Notes under the pieces: model-generated | Database searches by the model: none | What the model was told of the DNA's origin: nothing | What the model saw: the letters and a program-made list of their open reading frames with translations, nothing else | Program-made: the position numbers and the translations under genes | From: an uncultured bacterium | Lineage (GTDB): Bacteria > Omnitrophota > Omnitrophia > Omnitrophales > Aquincolibacteriaceae | Length of the DNA stretch: 64,000 nt | Reading direction: 5' to 3' | Assembly (NCBI GenBank): GCA_964511315.1 | Contig: CAZEFF010000002.1 | Location: forward strand, 2,230 to 66,229 | Shown here: positions 55,974 to 64,000 of the stretch, piece after piece | Position numbering within the stretch: the stretch's first letter is position 1 | How the letters are laid out: every line of letters starts with the position of its first letter

Positions 55974-57204
55974 GTTTTTCGGTACGAGTTTTTGTCTCAA
56001 GAAGAATCTTGGGATTAAACTTTGCGAGTTCCGGCGCAAGCTGATTCAACAGTTCTTCGGCGGCTCTTCGATGGTCCGTCAACTTCACTCCAAGAACATG
56101 AACCGCACCTAATTCATCCTTCACAAATTCATGCTCACGCGAAATTTGATTTGCCGACACATCCCGTTTAGGCTTTACCAGCGGACGAATCCCGGCATCC
56201 GAGCACAAAATATCAGAATCCTTAAAGTTCTTGCCGGGAAAAAACTTATTTAGCGAACCAAGTAAATATTTAATTTCTTTTTCAGTCGCCGAAACTTGAT
56301 CCGGCGTCTCGCAGATTCTTTCCGTCGTACCTATCCGTGCGCGCTCACCCCGGTTGATCATAAAAAAAAGACGGCCGTCTTCCGCTTCCAAAATCGCGGA
56401 ATAATTCGAGAATTTTTTTATTTCAATATGGGCGCCCGCGATCGGCATAAGCATTTGATCACTTTGAGGGGCGGCCGATCTCCGCACTTGATCCGCCCAC
56501 GGACCGGACGCGTTGATGATTTTCCGGCACCGAAACAACTGCCGCTCTCCATTTATCTCAGCCGCAATCTCATAAGTCATGCCGTCAGTTTTTTTTATGT
56601 AGGTTTGCACTTCGGCATGTTCAAACGCGGCGGCTCCTGATTTTACCGCGGAATTTATAATCGCTTTCACCAAGGCTTGATCATCAGTTGTGTGATCCCA
56701 GACAATCACTCCGCCCAAAAGCCCTTCGGGATTTAATTCCGGCAGAAGCTTCAAAACAGATTCTTTAGAATTTAAAATTTTAGACAGGTGAGGATTTCCA
56801 TTGATCCGCGCGAGTATACCGTACAGGTATGTTCCAAAATAAACGGACAGAGGCCGCCGCTTTCCATTTTTATAGATCGGCACAATGAGGGGAATCGGGC
56901 GGATCAATTTGGGCGCTAAAACCTGAAGCCGATGGGTTTCGCGCAGCGCTAAAAAAACAAACCGCAAATTTTCCCAAAACCCTTCGACCCTTCCCGCGCA
57001 AAGTTCTTTCCACGCGATTTCAAGATACCGGAGACCGCCATGAATCAGCTTCGAACTTTTGGAGCTTGTTCCGGAACCAAAGGAATTTTTTTCAAGCAAA
57101 ACCACGCTCGCGCCGCGAAGAGCGGCATCACGGGCAATGCCCGCGCCGGCAATGCCTCCGCCGATAATACCCAGATCATAAATCTTGGATGAATTTAAAG
57201 TCAT
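55966..57204 (-). CDS. FAD-dependent glycerol-3-phosphate dehydrogenase-like oxidoreductase (GlpD/GlpA family)
   Basis: N-terminus YDLGIIGGGIAGAGIARDAALRGASVVLLEKNSFGSGTSSKSSKLIHGGLRYLE matches the GlpD FAD-binding region; at 412 aa it is shorter than typical GlpD. Confidence 0.7.
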   Translation of the reverse strand: MTLNSSKIYDLGIIGGGIAGAGIARDAALRGASVVLLEKNSFGSGTSSKSSKLIHGGLRYLEIAWKELCAGRVEGFWENLRFVFLALRETHRLQVLAPKLIRPIPLIVPIYKNGKRRPLSVYFGTYLYGILARINGNPHLSKILNSKESVLKLLPELNPEGLLGGVIVWDHTTDDQALVKAIINSAVKSGAAAFEHAEVQTYIKKTDGMTYEIAAEINGERQLFRCRKIINASGPWADQVRRSAAPQSDQMLMPIAGAHIEIKKFSNYSAILEAEDGRLFFMINRGERARIGTTERICETPDQVSATEKEIKYLLGSLNKFFPGKNFKDSDILCSDAGIRPLVKPKRDVSANQISREHEFVKDELGAVHVLGVKLTDHRRAAEELLNQLAPELAKFNPKILLETKTRTEKLI

Positions 57205-57296
57205 AAGTAGATGAGTATATTATCGGGCTTCTTAATAAGCACTGAAGCTCCTTTAGTTATTGATTGCGGGAGACCGTACGGCTAGAATACGTCCTT

Positions 57297-58163
57297 ATGC
57301 TTCGAGCCCTCATTTTATTTCTTTTTCTAGCGTCTTTCGCCCCGGCCAAACTCATGGCTGAGCCCAAAATTGAAGTCTCCCTTTCGGGAAAACAAGTCAC
57401 TGCGGACCAATCCACAATTCTTCAAATTCAGGCGGAATGGCCCAAAAGCGAAGGCGCTTACTCCTTCGCGCTGCCCGACTTAAAACTCCAGAATCTTATT
57501 TATATCCAGCAAGGGCAATCCCAGGAAAACTATAATCAGGGGGATACACTTTGGACACGCAAAATTTTCACGATTGAACTGAAAGCCGAACCCAAGAAAA
57601 AAGAAGGCATCATTGGGGCGTTTAGCCTTCCTTATCTGGACCCCGAAACCCAAAAAGGCGGTACCCTTGAAGTCGGAGAACAAAGGGTCCGTATCCATAC
57701 GCCTTTGCCCTCATGGTTATGGCCCTCTATGGGAGGAATCCTGGCTCTTGCCAGCGGGGTAGGGGGATGGCTCGCTCTACGGGCCAATAAACGCAAAAAA
57801 GAGGCCTCTATAGCGCCCTTGCAAGATGCCCCAGAGCTCGGCAAGGTTAAAGCTCTGATCGAAAGACGCGGAGACAAACAGGCGAAAGATCTGCTGCTGG
57901 ATTTGGATGCCACTTTACGGCAATTCCTGACGTCTTATTATCAACTTGGTCTTGAGCGGAGCGCGGGAGAGAATCAGATTTTGCGGGGTCTTAAAGCGAA
58001 ACAGATCCCGCAGGAAGAAATCGCTCCGGTCGAAAAACTTTTCAATGAAATGGGGCAGGCTAAATTCGCGGCCAACGCGGTCAGCGAATCTGAACTTAGA
58101 GATTTTCAGCGTGAAATCATCCGTTATCTCGAAACTAAAAAAGTTGCAGGAACAGTTTCATAA
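57297..58163 (+). CDS. hypothetical Bat-operon-associated membrane protein (signal peptide - ectodomain - TM - cytoplasmic helical domain)
   Basis: Start set at the ATG giving signal peptide MLRALILFLFLASFAPAKLMA; internal TM WPSMGGILALASGVGGWLAL; same architecture as the protein at 60158..61102. Confidence 0.45.
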   Translation: MLRALILFLFLASFAPAKLMAEPKIEVSLSGKQVTADQSTILQIQAEWPKSEGAYSFALPDLKLQNLIYIQQGQSQENYNQGDTLWTRKIFTIELKAEPKKKEGIIGAFSLPYLDPETQKGGTLEVGEQRVRIHTPLPSWLWPSMGGILALASGVGGWLALRANKRKKEASIAPLQDAPELGKVKALIERRGDKQAKDLLLDLDATLRQFLTSYYQLGLERSAGENQILRGLKAKQIPQEEIAPVEKLFNEMGQAKFAANAVSESELRDFQREIIRYLETKKVAGTVS

Positions 58164-58181
58164 TCAACAGGAGGAAGTGGT

Positions 58182-59171
58182 ATGGATAGTGCGATTCAGG
58201 AAATTAACCGGAAAGTCCGCGACGCGAACACAATTCTTAAAGATCTCTTGCGCGAAATCGGCAAAGTCATCGTCGGTCAACAGTATTTGATCGAACGGCT
58301 CTTGATCGCGCTTTTGGCCGACGGCCACATCCTTATTGAAGGGGTGCCGGGTCTTGCTAAAACGCTGTCGGTAAAAACCCTGGCGCGCGCGGTCAACACA
58401 AAGTTCCAGCGTATTCAGTTCACACCGGATCTTTTGCCCGCGGATTTGATCGGCACGCTGGTTTACAATCCGAAAGACCATACCTTCACCACAAAAAAAG
58501 GGCCGATCTTCTCCAATATTATTCTCGCGGACGAAATCAACCGCGCGCCTTCCAAAGTTCAGAGCGCCCTGCTTGAAGCCATGCAGGAACATCAAGTCAC
58601 GATCGGAGAAACCACTTTTCCTCTCGCGGCGCCTTTTATCGTGCTCGCGACTCAAAACCCGATTGAACAGGAAGGCACTTATCCGCTGCCCGAAGCCCAG
58701 GTCGACCGTTTCATCATGAAGCTTGTTGTCACTTATCCGACAAAAAAGGAAGAAAAAGAAATTATGGAACGCATGTCGATGGGTAAAGACATCGATGTTC
58801 ATCCCGTTATGGAACCCGAAAAAATTCTTGAGCTGCGCAAACTCATGAATGAAATTTATGTGGATGAAAAAGTCAAAGATTACATTCTTGATCTTGTGTT
58901 CGCGACTCGCGACCCGGATGCCTATAAACTATCCGCTCTGAAACCGCTCATATCGTACGGCGCTTCACCGCGCGCGAGCATTATGCTGACACGGGCGGCA
59001 AAAGCTAACGCCTTTATGCAGGGCCGCGGCTATGTCACTCCGGATGATGTTAAGCAAATCGGCATGGACGTTCTTCGCCACCGCGTCCTTCTGACATACG
59101 AAGCCGAAGCCGAAGATATGACTTCTGAAAAAATTGTTCAGAAAATTTTTGATCAGATTGAAGTGCCGTAA
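58182..59171 (+). CDS. MoxR-family AAA+ ATPase
   Basis: 329 aa; Walker A GVPGLAKT; Walker B ILADEINRA; MoxR-specific C-terminal region. Confidence 0.9.
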   Translation: MDSAIQEINRKVRDANTILKDLLREIGKVIVGQQYLIERLLIALLADGHILIEGVPGLAKTLSVKTLARAVNTKFQRIQFTPDLLPADLIGTLVYNPKDHTFTTKKGPIFSNIILADEINRAPSKVQSALLEAMQEHQVTIGETTFPLAAPFIVLATQNPIEQEGTYPLPEAQVDRFIMKLVVTYPTKKEEKEIMERMSMGKDIDVHPVMEPEKILELRKLMNEIYVDEKVKDYILDLVFATRDPDAYKLSALKPLISYGASPRASIMLTRAAKANAFMQGRGYVTPDDVKQIGMDVLRHRVLLTYEAEAEDMTSEKIVQKIFDQIEVP

Positions 59172-59189
59172 GCAAATGTTATTTTTTAT

Positions 59190-59272
59190 GTCATTGCGAG
59201 GAGCGGATTTTGCGACGAAGCAATCTGGTTTTCAAACAGATTGCCACGCTCCCTTCGGTCGCTCGCAATGAC
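59190..59272. repeat. 83-nt imperfect palindrome between moxR and DUF58 gene
   Basis: Perfect 11-bp outer inverted repeat GTCATTGCGAG / CTCGCAATGAC, with an inner CAATCTG..CAGATTG hairpin. Confidence 0.45.
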
Positions 59273-59285
59273 GGCAGGCAAATAA

Positions 59286-60161
59286 ATGATCCCAAAGGAA
59301 ATTCTGCGCAAAGTCCGGCGCATTGAAATCCGGACAACGCGTTTGGTCAACGACCTTTTCGGCGGAGAGTATGAATCCGTCTTTAAAGGCCAGGGCATCG
59401 AATTCGCGGACGTCCGCGAATATGTGCCTGGGGATGATATCCGCACCATTGACTGGAACGTCACGGCCCGCTCCCAAAAACCCTTTATCAAAAAATTCGT
59501 CGAAGAACGCGAGATGACGGTTCTTTTCATCGTCGATATGTCCGGCTCGCAATATTTCGGAACGGGGGAGAGATTAAAATCAGAAGTCGCCGCCGAAATT
59601 ACCGCGCTGTTAGCTTTCGCGGCGGTGAAAAATAAAGACAAAACAGGCCTTCTCATCTGCACCGACGAAGTAGAAAAATACGTTCCGATGAAAAAAGGCA
59701 AAATGCACGTCCTCCGCGTCATTCGTGAAATTCTTTTTTACAAACCCAAAGGCAAAAAAACACGGCTCGCGGCCGCAATTGAGTACCTCAATCAAATCCT
59801 GACCCGCACCGCCGTCGTTTTTATCATCTCGGACTTTCTTGATACCGGATACGAAAAACCAATTAAGGTCCTTAGCCGAAAACATGACGTCATCGCCATT
59901 CATCTCAAAGACCGCCGGGAAAAAGAATTTGTCGACGCGGGCCTCGTTGAGCTCGAAGACCGCGAGACTGGACAAACGATCATGATTGATTCTTCTCAAA
60001 AGAAACTGCGCGAAAGTTTAAAAAAATACAGCGCCTCTTTAGATGAGAAACTGGATAAGTTTTTTAAACAAATGGGCATTGATAAGGTCGCGATCGCGGC
60101 CGAGGGCTCCTATGTGGAACCCCTGATGAAATTTTTTAGAGTCCGCGAAAAGAGATTATGA
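59286..60161 (+). CDS. DUF58 family protein (vWA-like, MoxR partner)
   Basis: 291 aa; DUF58 signature (RIEIRTTRLVNDLFGGEYESVFKGQGIEFADVREYVPGDDIRTIDWNVTAR). Confidence 0.85.
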   Translation: MIPKEILRKVRRIEIRTTRLVNDLFGGEYESVFKGQGIEFADVREYVPGDDIRTIDWNVTARSQKPFIKKFVEEREMTVLFIVDMSGSQYFGTGERLKSEVAAEITALLAFAAVKNKDKTGLLICTDEVEKYVPMKKGKMHVLRVIREILFYKPKGKKTRLAAAIEYLNQILTRTAVVFIISDFLDTGYEKPIKVLSRKHDVIAIHLKDRREKEFVDAGLVELEDRETGQTIMIDSSQKKLRESLKKYSASLDEKLDKFFKQMGIDKVAIAAEGSYVEPLMKFFRVREKRL

Positions 60162-61102
60162 AAAAACTTTTTATATTATTTTTTCTTATTTTATTGGGAT
60201 CTGCCGCGGGCACGCTTCAAGCGGCGCCGAAAGAGCCCGAAATATCCGTTAAAGCAGAGGTTAACCGGGCATTTCTCACAATCGGTGATCCGGTGGAATA
60301 TACAGTTACGATCCGCCACGATCCCGGCATTCAAGTCCTCACGACCGTTCCGCCTCCCGACAGCGATGTTTTAAAAATTAAACGGGTCGAGGACATCAAG
60401 CAGAAGGACGGCAAAAAGATTATTGAAGGCCGTAAATTTATCCTGACGACATTTCAGCTTGGTGAGTTTGTGCTGAATCCCGTAAAAATCGAGTACCGCT
60501 CCAGCACCGGCGCGGCCCAATCGATCAGCACCGATTCTATTTATATGACCGTCAAAAGTGTCGCCGAAGGTGAAAATAAAACGGATATCCGGGGCGCGAA
60601 ATCGGTGACGACGATCAAGTTCAACAAAAAACCTTTCATCATTGCGGTCGCTATGATTTCACTGCTTCTGCTCGCGTTTATCATTTACCGCATCCTTAAA
60701 AAATCGCCCGAACTTTTAAAACCCTCAGAACCGCCCATGACCCCGGAGGAAGAGGCTTTATCTCATCTTAATCAGCTTTTTGATTCCGATTTAATCCGCA
60801 GGGGAAAAATCAAAGAGTATTATTTACGGTTTTCAGAAATTTTGCGCGTTTATCTTGAAAAGCGCACAGGCATTCTGGCCGGCGAATCGACAACTTATGA
60901 AATCAACCGTTTGCTGCGGAATAAAGACGCCGATCCCACGCTGCGTGAAAAAGTAATCGAAGTTTTAGAAGCCGCTGACCTGGCAAAATTCGCTAAATGG
61001 AAGCCGGAGCCGCCTGAAATTATTCTGCTTAATCAGAAAGCCAAAGCCGTGATTGAAATCGGAAGCCCGAAAGAAGCTAAAGGAGCCGGCGATGGAGTTT
61101 AG
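60158..61102 (+). CDS. hypothetical Bat-operon membrane protein (signal peptide - ectodomain - TM - cytoplasmic domain)
   Basis: 314 aa; signal peptide, central TM (FIIAVAMISLLLLAFIIYRIL); sits in the position of the unnamed ORF between the DUF58 gene and batA in Bacteroides-type aerotolerance operons. Confidence 0.5.
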   Translation: MKKLFILFFLILLGSAAGTLQAAPKEPEISVKAEVNRAFLTIGDPVEYTVTIRHDPGIQVLTTVPPPDSDVLKIKRVEDIKQKDGKKIIEGRKFILTTFQLGEFVLNPVKIEYRSSTGAAQSISTDSIYMTVKSVAEGENKTDIRGAKSVTTIKFNKKPFIIAVAMISLLLLAFIIYRILKKSPELLKPSEPPMTPEEEALSHLNQLFDSDLIRRGKIKEYYLRFSEILRVYLEKRTGILAGESTTYEINRLLRNKDADPTLREKVIEVLEAADLAKFAKWKPEPPEIILLNQKAKAVIEIGSPKEAKGAGDGV

Positions 61103-62072
61103 AGATCCCGCTTATTTCTTACTTTTGCTTCTGCTTCCAGTCATCTTTTATTTTTCAAAGAAAAGGATGAGTTCTCAAATCGCTTTTTCGAGCCTCAGTT
61201 TTTTTCATGACCGTCCGGTTTCTTGGCGTGTGATGGGCTACCGGCTGCTTCCAATCGCGCGGCTTCTTGTCTTCGCTTTATTTATTACCGCGCTCGCTCG
61301 ACCGCAAAAAGTGACCGCCGAAAAAGATTACAAGACAAATGGTCTCGACATCGTGATCGCTCTTGATATTTCAGGATCCATGCTGGCGGAGGATTTCAAA
61401 CCTGAAAACCGTTTAGTGGTCGCGAAACAAGAGGCCGCTAAATTCATTATGGGCCGTGAAAATGACCGCATTGGTCTTGTGGTCTTCGCGCGAAAAGCTT
61501 ACACACAATGCCCGCTGACTTTGGATTATCAGGTACTCATAAAACTTCTCGATGACATCAAAATCGGCATGATCGCGGACGGTACCGCCATCGGTATGGG
61601 TTTGGCCACGTCCGTGAACCGCTTGCGTGACAGTAATGCCAAAAGCAAAGTCATCATTTTGGTCACAGATGGTTCCAATAATGCCGGCAATATTGACCCC
61701 GTAACCGCCGCCGAGCTGGCCAAGGCTTTCGGCATTAAAGTCTATACGATCTGCATAGGCAGGGGAGGGATGGTGCCCTTCCCGGTCAATGATCCTCTCT
61801 TCGGCAAGCGCTATGTGCAGGCCAATGTAGAAATTGACGAGTTGACCCTTAAACGGATTGCCGATATCACGGGCGGTTTGTTTTTCCGTTCCCGGGACCC
61901 GCAATCCTTGACCCAAATTTATGAACGCATTAACCAGCTGGAAAAAACCGAAATTAAGGTCCGGGAATACCGCAGTTTTGAAGAGCTTTTTTATTGGTTT
62001 CTTTGGCCGGGTTTGATTCTTTTACTTCTTGAAGTCTTGGCTAGCCGCACTGTTTTTATGAAGGTGCCCTGA
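61092..62072 (+). CDS. batA: BatA-like von Willebrand factor A domain membrane protein
   Basis: N-terminal TM helices then a vWA domain with MIDAS (DISGSM ... TDG). Start placed at the ATG giving MEFRDPAYFLLLLLLP; the ORF track starts 13 codons earlier. Confidence 0.8.
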   Translation: MEFRDPAYFLLLLLLPVIFYFSKKRMSSQIAFSSLSFFHDRPVSWRVMGYRLLPIARLLVFALFITALARPQKVTAEKDYKTNGLDIVIALDISGSMLAEDFKPENRLVVAKQEAAKFIMGRENDRIGLVVFARKAYTQCPLTLDYQVLIKLLDDIKIGMIADGTAIGMGLATSVNRLRDSNAKSKVIILVTDGSNNAGNIDPVTAAELAKAFGIKVYTICIGRGGMVPFPVNDPLFGKRYVQANVEIDELTLKRIADITGGLFFRSRDPQSLTQIYERINQLEKTEIKVREYRSFEELFYWFLWPGLILLLLEVLASRTVFMKVP

Positions 62073-64000
62073 TGCAATTTTACAGCCCATCCGCCCTCAT
62101 TTTTTTATGGCTCATCCCGGTTGTGCTCGGCATTTTTTGGTTTTCCCAAAAACTTTGGCTGAAACGCCTCGCGAAAATCGGACAAATCCAAACCCTCCAG
62201 ACCAAACTGATGCCGGCCTACCGCGCCTCCGAATGGTCGATACGGGCGTTTTATCTTGGCCTCGCTTTTTTATTCGCCATCCTGGCCTTATCACAGCCTC
62301 AATGGGGTGAAGAAAAAAAGAAAGTTCAGCGCAAAGGAGTCGACATTGTTTTTCTTTTAGATACGTCGCTCAGCATGCTGTCGGAAGACATCAAACCGAA
62401 CCGTTTGGATAAATCACGGATGGAAATCAAATCTTTCGTGCAGGAACTCAAGGGCGACCGCGTGGGCATGGTGGCTTTTGCCGGATCAAGCTTTCTCCAA
62501 ACACCGCTGACGCTCGATTACTCGGCTTTCATGCTTTTTCTTGACGCGGTAAAGCCCGGATATATCCCTGATCCCGGAACATCCATTGAACGGGCTGTTT
62601 ATATGGCCGCTCAATCCTTTCCGAAAGAAAATACCAAACACAAAGCTATCATTCTTTTCAGCGATGGGGAAGACCATGAAGGCGGCGTGGAAGCCGCGAT
62701 TGAAGCCGCGAAAAAAGCCGGCATACGTATTTATTCGATTGGAACCGGCACTCCCAACGGTGATCCCATTCCTTTAAAGGATGAGAACGGCCGCAAAAGC
62801 GGCTTCAAGAAAGATTCCGCCGGCCAAGTCGTGATCACTAAATTGAATCAGCCGCTTATGGAAAAAATCGCCAAAGAAACCGGCGGCATTTATCTGCCGT
62901 CAACGCCGGCAGAAGATGAAATCAGAATTATTCTTAAACACATGGAATCGCTCGGCCAAAAACAATTTAAAGAGCAAATGGTCGCTGAGAAAGAAGATCA
63001 TTTTCAGTTTTTTGTCTTTTGGTCGCTGGTTTGCCTCATTGCTGAAATGCTTGTCAGCCGCAGGAAGAAAATTAAATTGGAGCCGGCCTTAGCTATCCTG
63101 CTCGCGTTTTTCATGTTTACCGGATTTTTAGATACCACCAGCGGTCTCAACAAAAAAGCTAATGACCAGTTCGCGCAGAAGAAATACCAATCCGCTGAGG
63201 AGCTGTACCAGAAAGCCCTTGTAAAAAATCCGGACGATCCGAGTTTACGCTATAACTTAGGAACGACCAAATACCAAACCCAAAATTATCAAGACGCTGA
63301 CAAAAATCTCCAGAAAGCACTGGCTACAATCAAGGATCCAGAACTAAAAGCCAAAGCCCTTTATAACTATGGAAACACACAGTACCGTCTTGGAAACTTT
63401 GAAAAAGCGATTGATTCGTACAAAAAGGCCCTTGAAATCAACCCGAAGGATCAGGACGCCAAGTACAATCTGGAATTTCTTCAGAATAAAAAAGGTTCGA
63501 TGGATAAAAAGAACCAAGATAAACAAAATCAGAAACAAAATAAAAATCAAAACCAGCAAAACCAAAATCAGAATCAGCAGCAAAATCAACAGCAGAACCA
63601 GCAGCAGAATAACCAGCAAAATCAAAACAATCAGCAGCAGCAGCAAAATCAGCAACAGAACCAACAGCAGAATCAGCAAAACCAACAGCAGAACCAGCAA
63701 CAGCAGCAAGATCAACAACAGAATCAGCAGGATCAACAGCAGAATCAGGACCAACAGCAGCAAGATCAGCAGCAAAATCAAGACCAGCAAAAACAGGATC
63801 AGCAGAATCAAGATCAGCAAAACCAGGGCCAGGATCAGCAAGACCAGCAAAAAGATCAGGGCCAAGAAGATAAGCAGGATCAAAAAGAAGGTTCTCAGGG
63901 CGAGAAAAACAAAGAACAAAAGGAACAAGACAAGCAGGATCAAGAGAGTCAGCAGCAAAAAGAACAGGAACAAAAAGAAAAAGAGCAAGAACAGCAGGAT
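62072..64000 (+). CDS. BatB-like vWA protein fused to TPR (BatC-like) region and Q/N-rich low-complexity tail (3' partial, runs off window)
   Basis: ATGA overlap with the batA stop. vWA MIDAS (DTSLSM ... SDGED) is followed by TM segments, TPR-like repeats (AEELYQKALVKNPDD, ALYNYGNTQYRLGNFEKAIDSYKKALEINPKD), then more than 150 aa of Q/N/D-rich repeats. No stop codon before the window end. Confidence 0.7.
   Translation, partial: MQFYSPSALIFLWLIPVVLGIFWFSQKLWLKRLAKIGQIQTLQTKLMPAYRASEWSIRAFYLGLAFLFAILALSQPQWGEEKKKVQRKGVDIVFLLDTSLSMLSEDIKPNRLDKSRMEIKSFVQELKGDRVGMVAFAGSSFLQTPLTLDYSAFMLFLDAVKPGYIPDPGTSIERAVYMAAQSFPKENTKHKAIILFSDGEDHEGGVEAAIEAAKKAGIRIYSIGTGTPNGDPIPLKDENGRKSGFKKDSAGQVVITKLNQPLMEKIAKETGGIYLPSTPAEDEIRIILKHMESLGQKQFKEQMVAEKEDHFQFFVFWSLVCLIAEMLVSRRKKIKLEPALAILLAFFMFTGFLDTTSGLNKKANDQFAQKKYQSAEELYQKALVKNPDDPSLRYNLGTTKYQTQNYQDADKNLQKALATIKDPELKAKALYNYGNTQYRLGNFEKAIDSYKKALEINPKDQDAKYNLEFLQNKKGSMDKKNQDKQNQKQNKNQNQQNQNQNQQQNQQQNQQQNNQQNQNNQQQQQNQQQNQQQNQQNQQQNQQQQQDQQQNQQDQQQNQDQQQQDQQQNQDQQKQDQQNQDQQNQGQDQQDQQKDQGQEDKQDQKEGSQGEKNKEQKEQDKQDQESQQQKEQEQKEKEQEQQD
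63480..64000 (+). repeat. imperfect CAG/CAA/AAC trinucleotide-type repeat tract (encodes poly-Q/N)
   Basis: More than 500 nt dominated by cagcag/aatcag/caaaac units; produces a spurious poly-Leu ORF on the opposite strand. Confidence 0.8.

Noticed and set aside
63344-63988. 214-aa minus-strand poly-Leu/Ile/Phe ORF
   Set aside because: Antisense reading of the CAG/CAA Q/N repeat inside the BatB/C-like gene. Low-complexity artefact with no start context.
63480-64000. Repeat tract as a possible CRISPR array
   Set aside because: Units are 3-6 nt degenerate trinucleotide repeats within a coding frame, not 25-40 nt repeats separated by unique spacers. No cas genes.

Overview
Compact bacterial chromosome segment with most genes on the + strand and many 4-nt start/stop overlaps. 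Nothing in it can be claimed from sequence alone as a previously undescribed biological system. The strongest unexplained signal is non-coding: two copies of a ~130-155 nt element, upstream of hisI and upstream of dnaK, with conserved unpaired blocks and compensatory base changes in four helices. This is a candidate structured RNA (or regulatory repeat) that I cannot assign to a known family. Gene content in order: fabG-acpP-fabF; smc-pgsA-plsY; a 3095-aa giant multidomain ORF (TraB/GumN-like N-region, internal TM, DUF3131-like (alpha/alpha)6 glycoside-hydrolase-like domain, glycogen-synthase-like GT5 domain); a PC4-like ssDNA-binding gene with recA-recX; alaS; a his cluster (hisD-hisB-hisH-hisA-[small membrane ORF]-hisF); hisI joined to trpE-G-D-C-F and then an NtrB/NtrC-type sensor kinase/sigma54 activator pair; dnaK preceded by a sigma54-like promoter; an AT-richer accessory patch (Lys-rich secreted repeat protein, RhuM/Doc-type Fic protein, DUF1016-N/SNase-nuclease fusion); assorted membrane, redox and repair genes; a frameshifted aldo-keto reductase; an efp-like gene; a large secreted DUF3131-like repeat protein on the minus strand; and a MoxR-DUF58-BatA-BatB/C aerotolerance-type operon ending in a Q/N-rich CAG/CAA repeat. 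Further palindromic elements lie between moxR and the DUF58 gene, between trpE and trpG, and between hisB and hisH. No rRNA, tRNA or CRISPR was recognisable.
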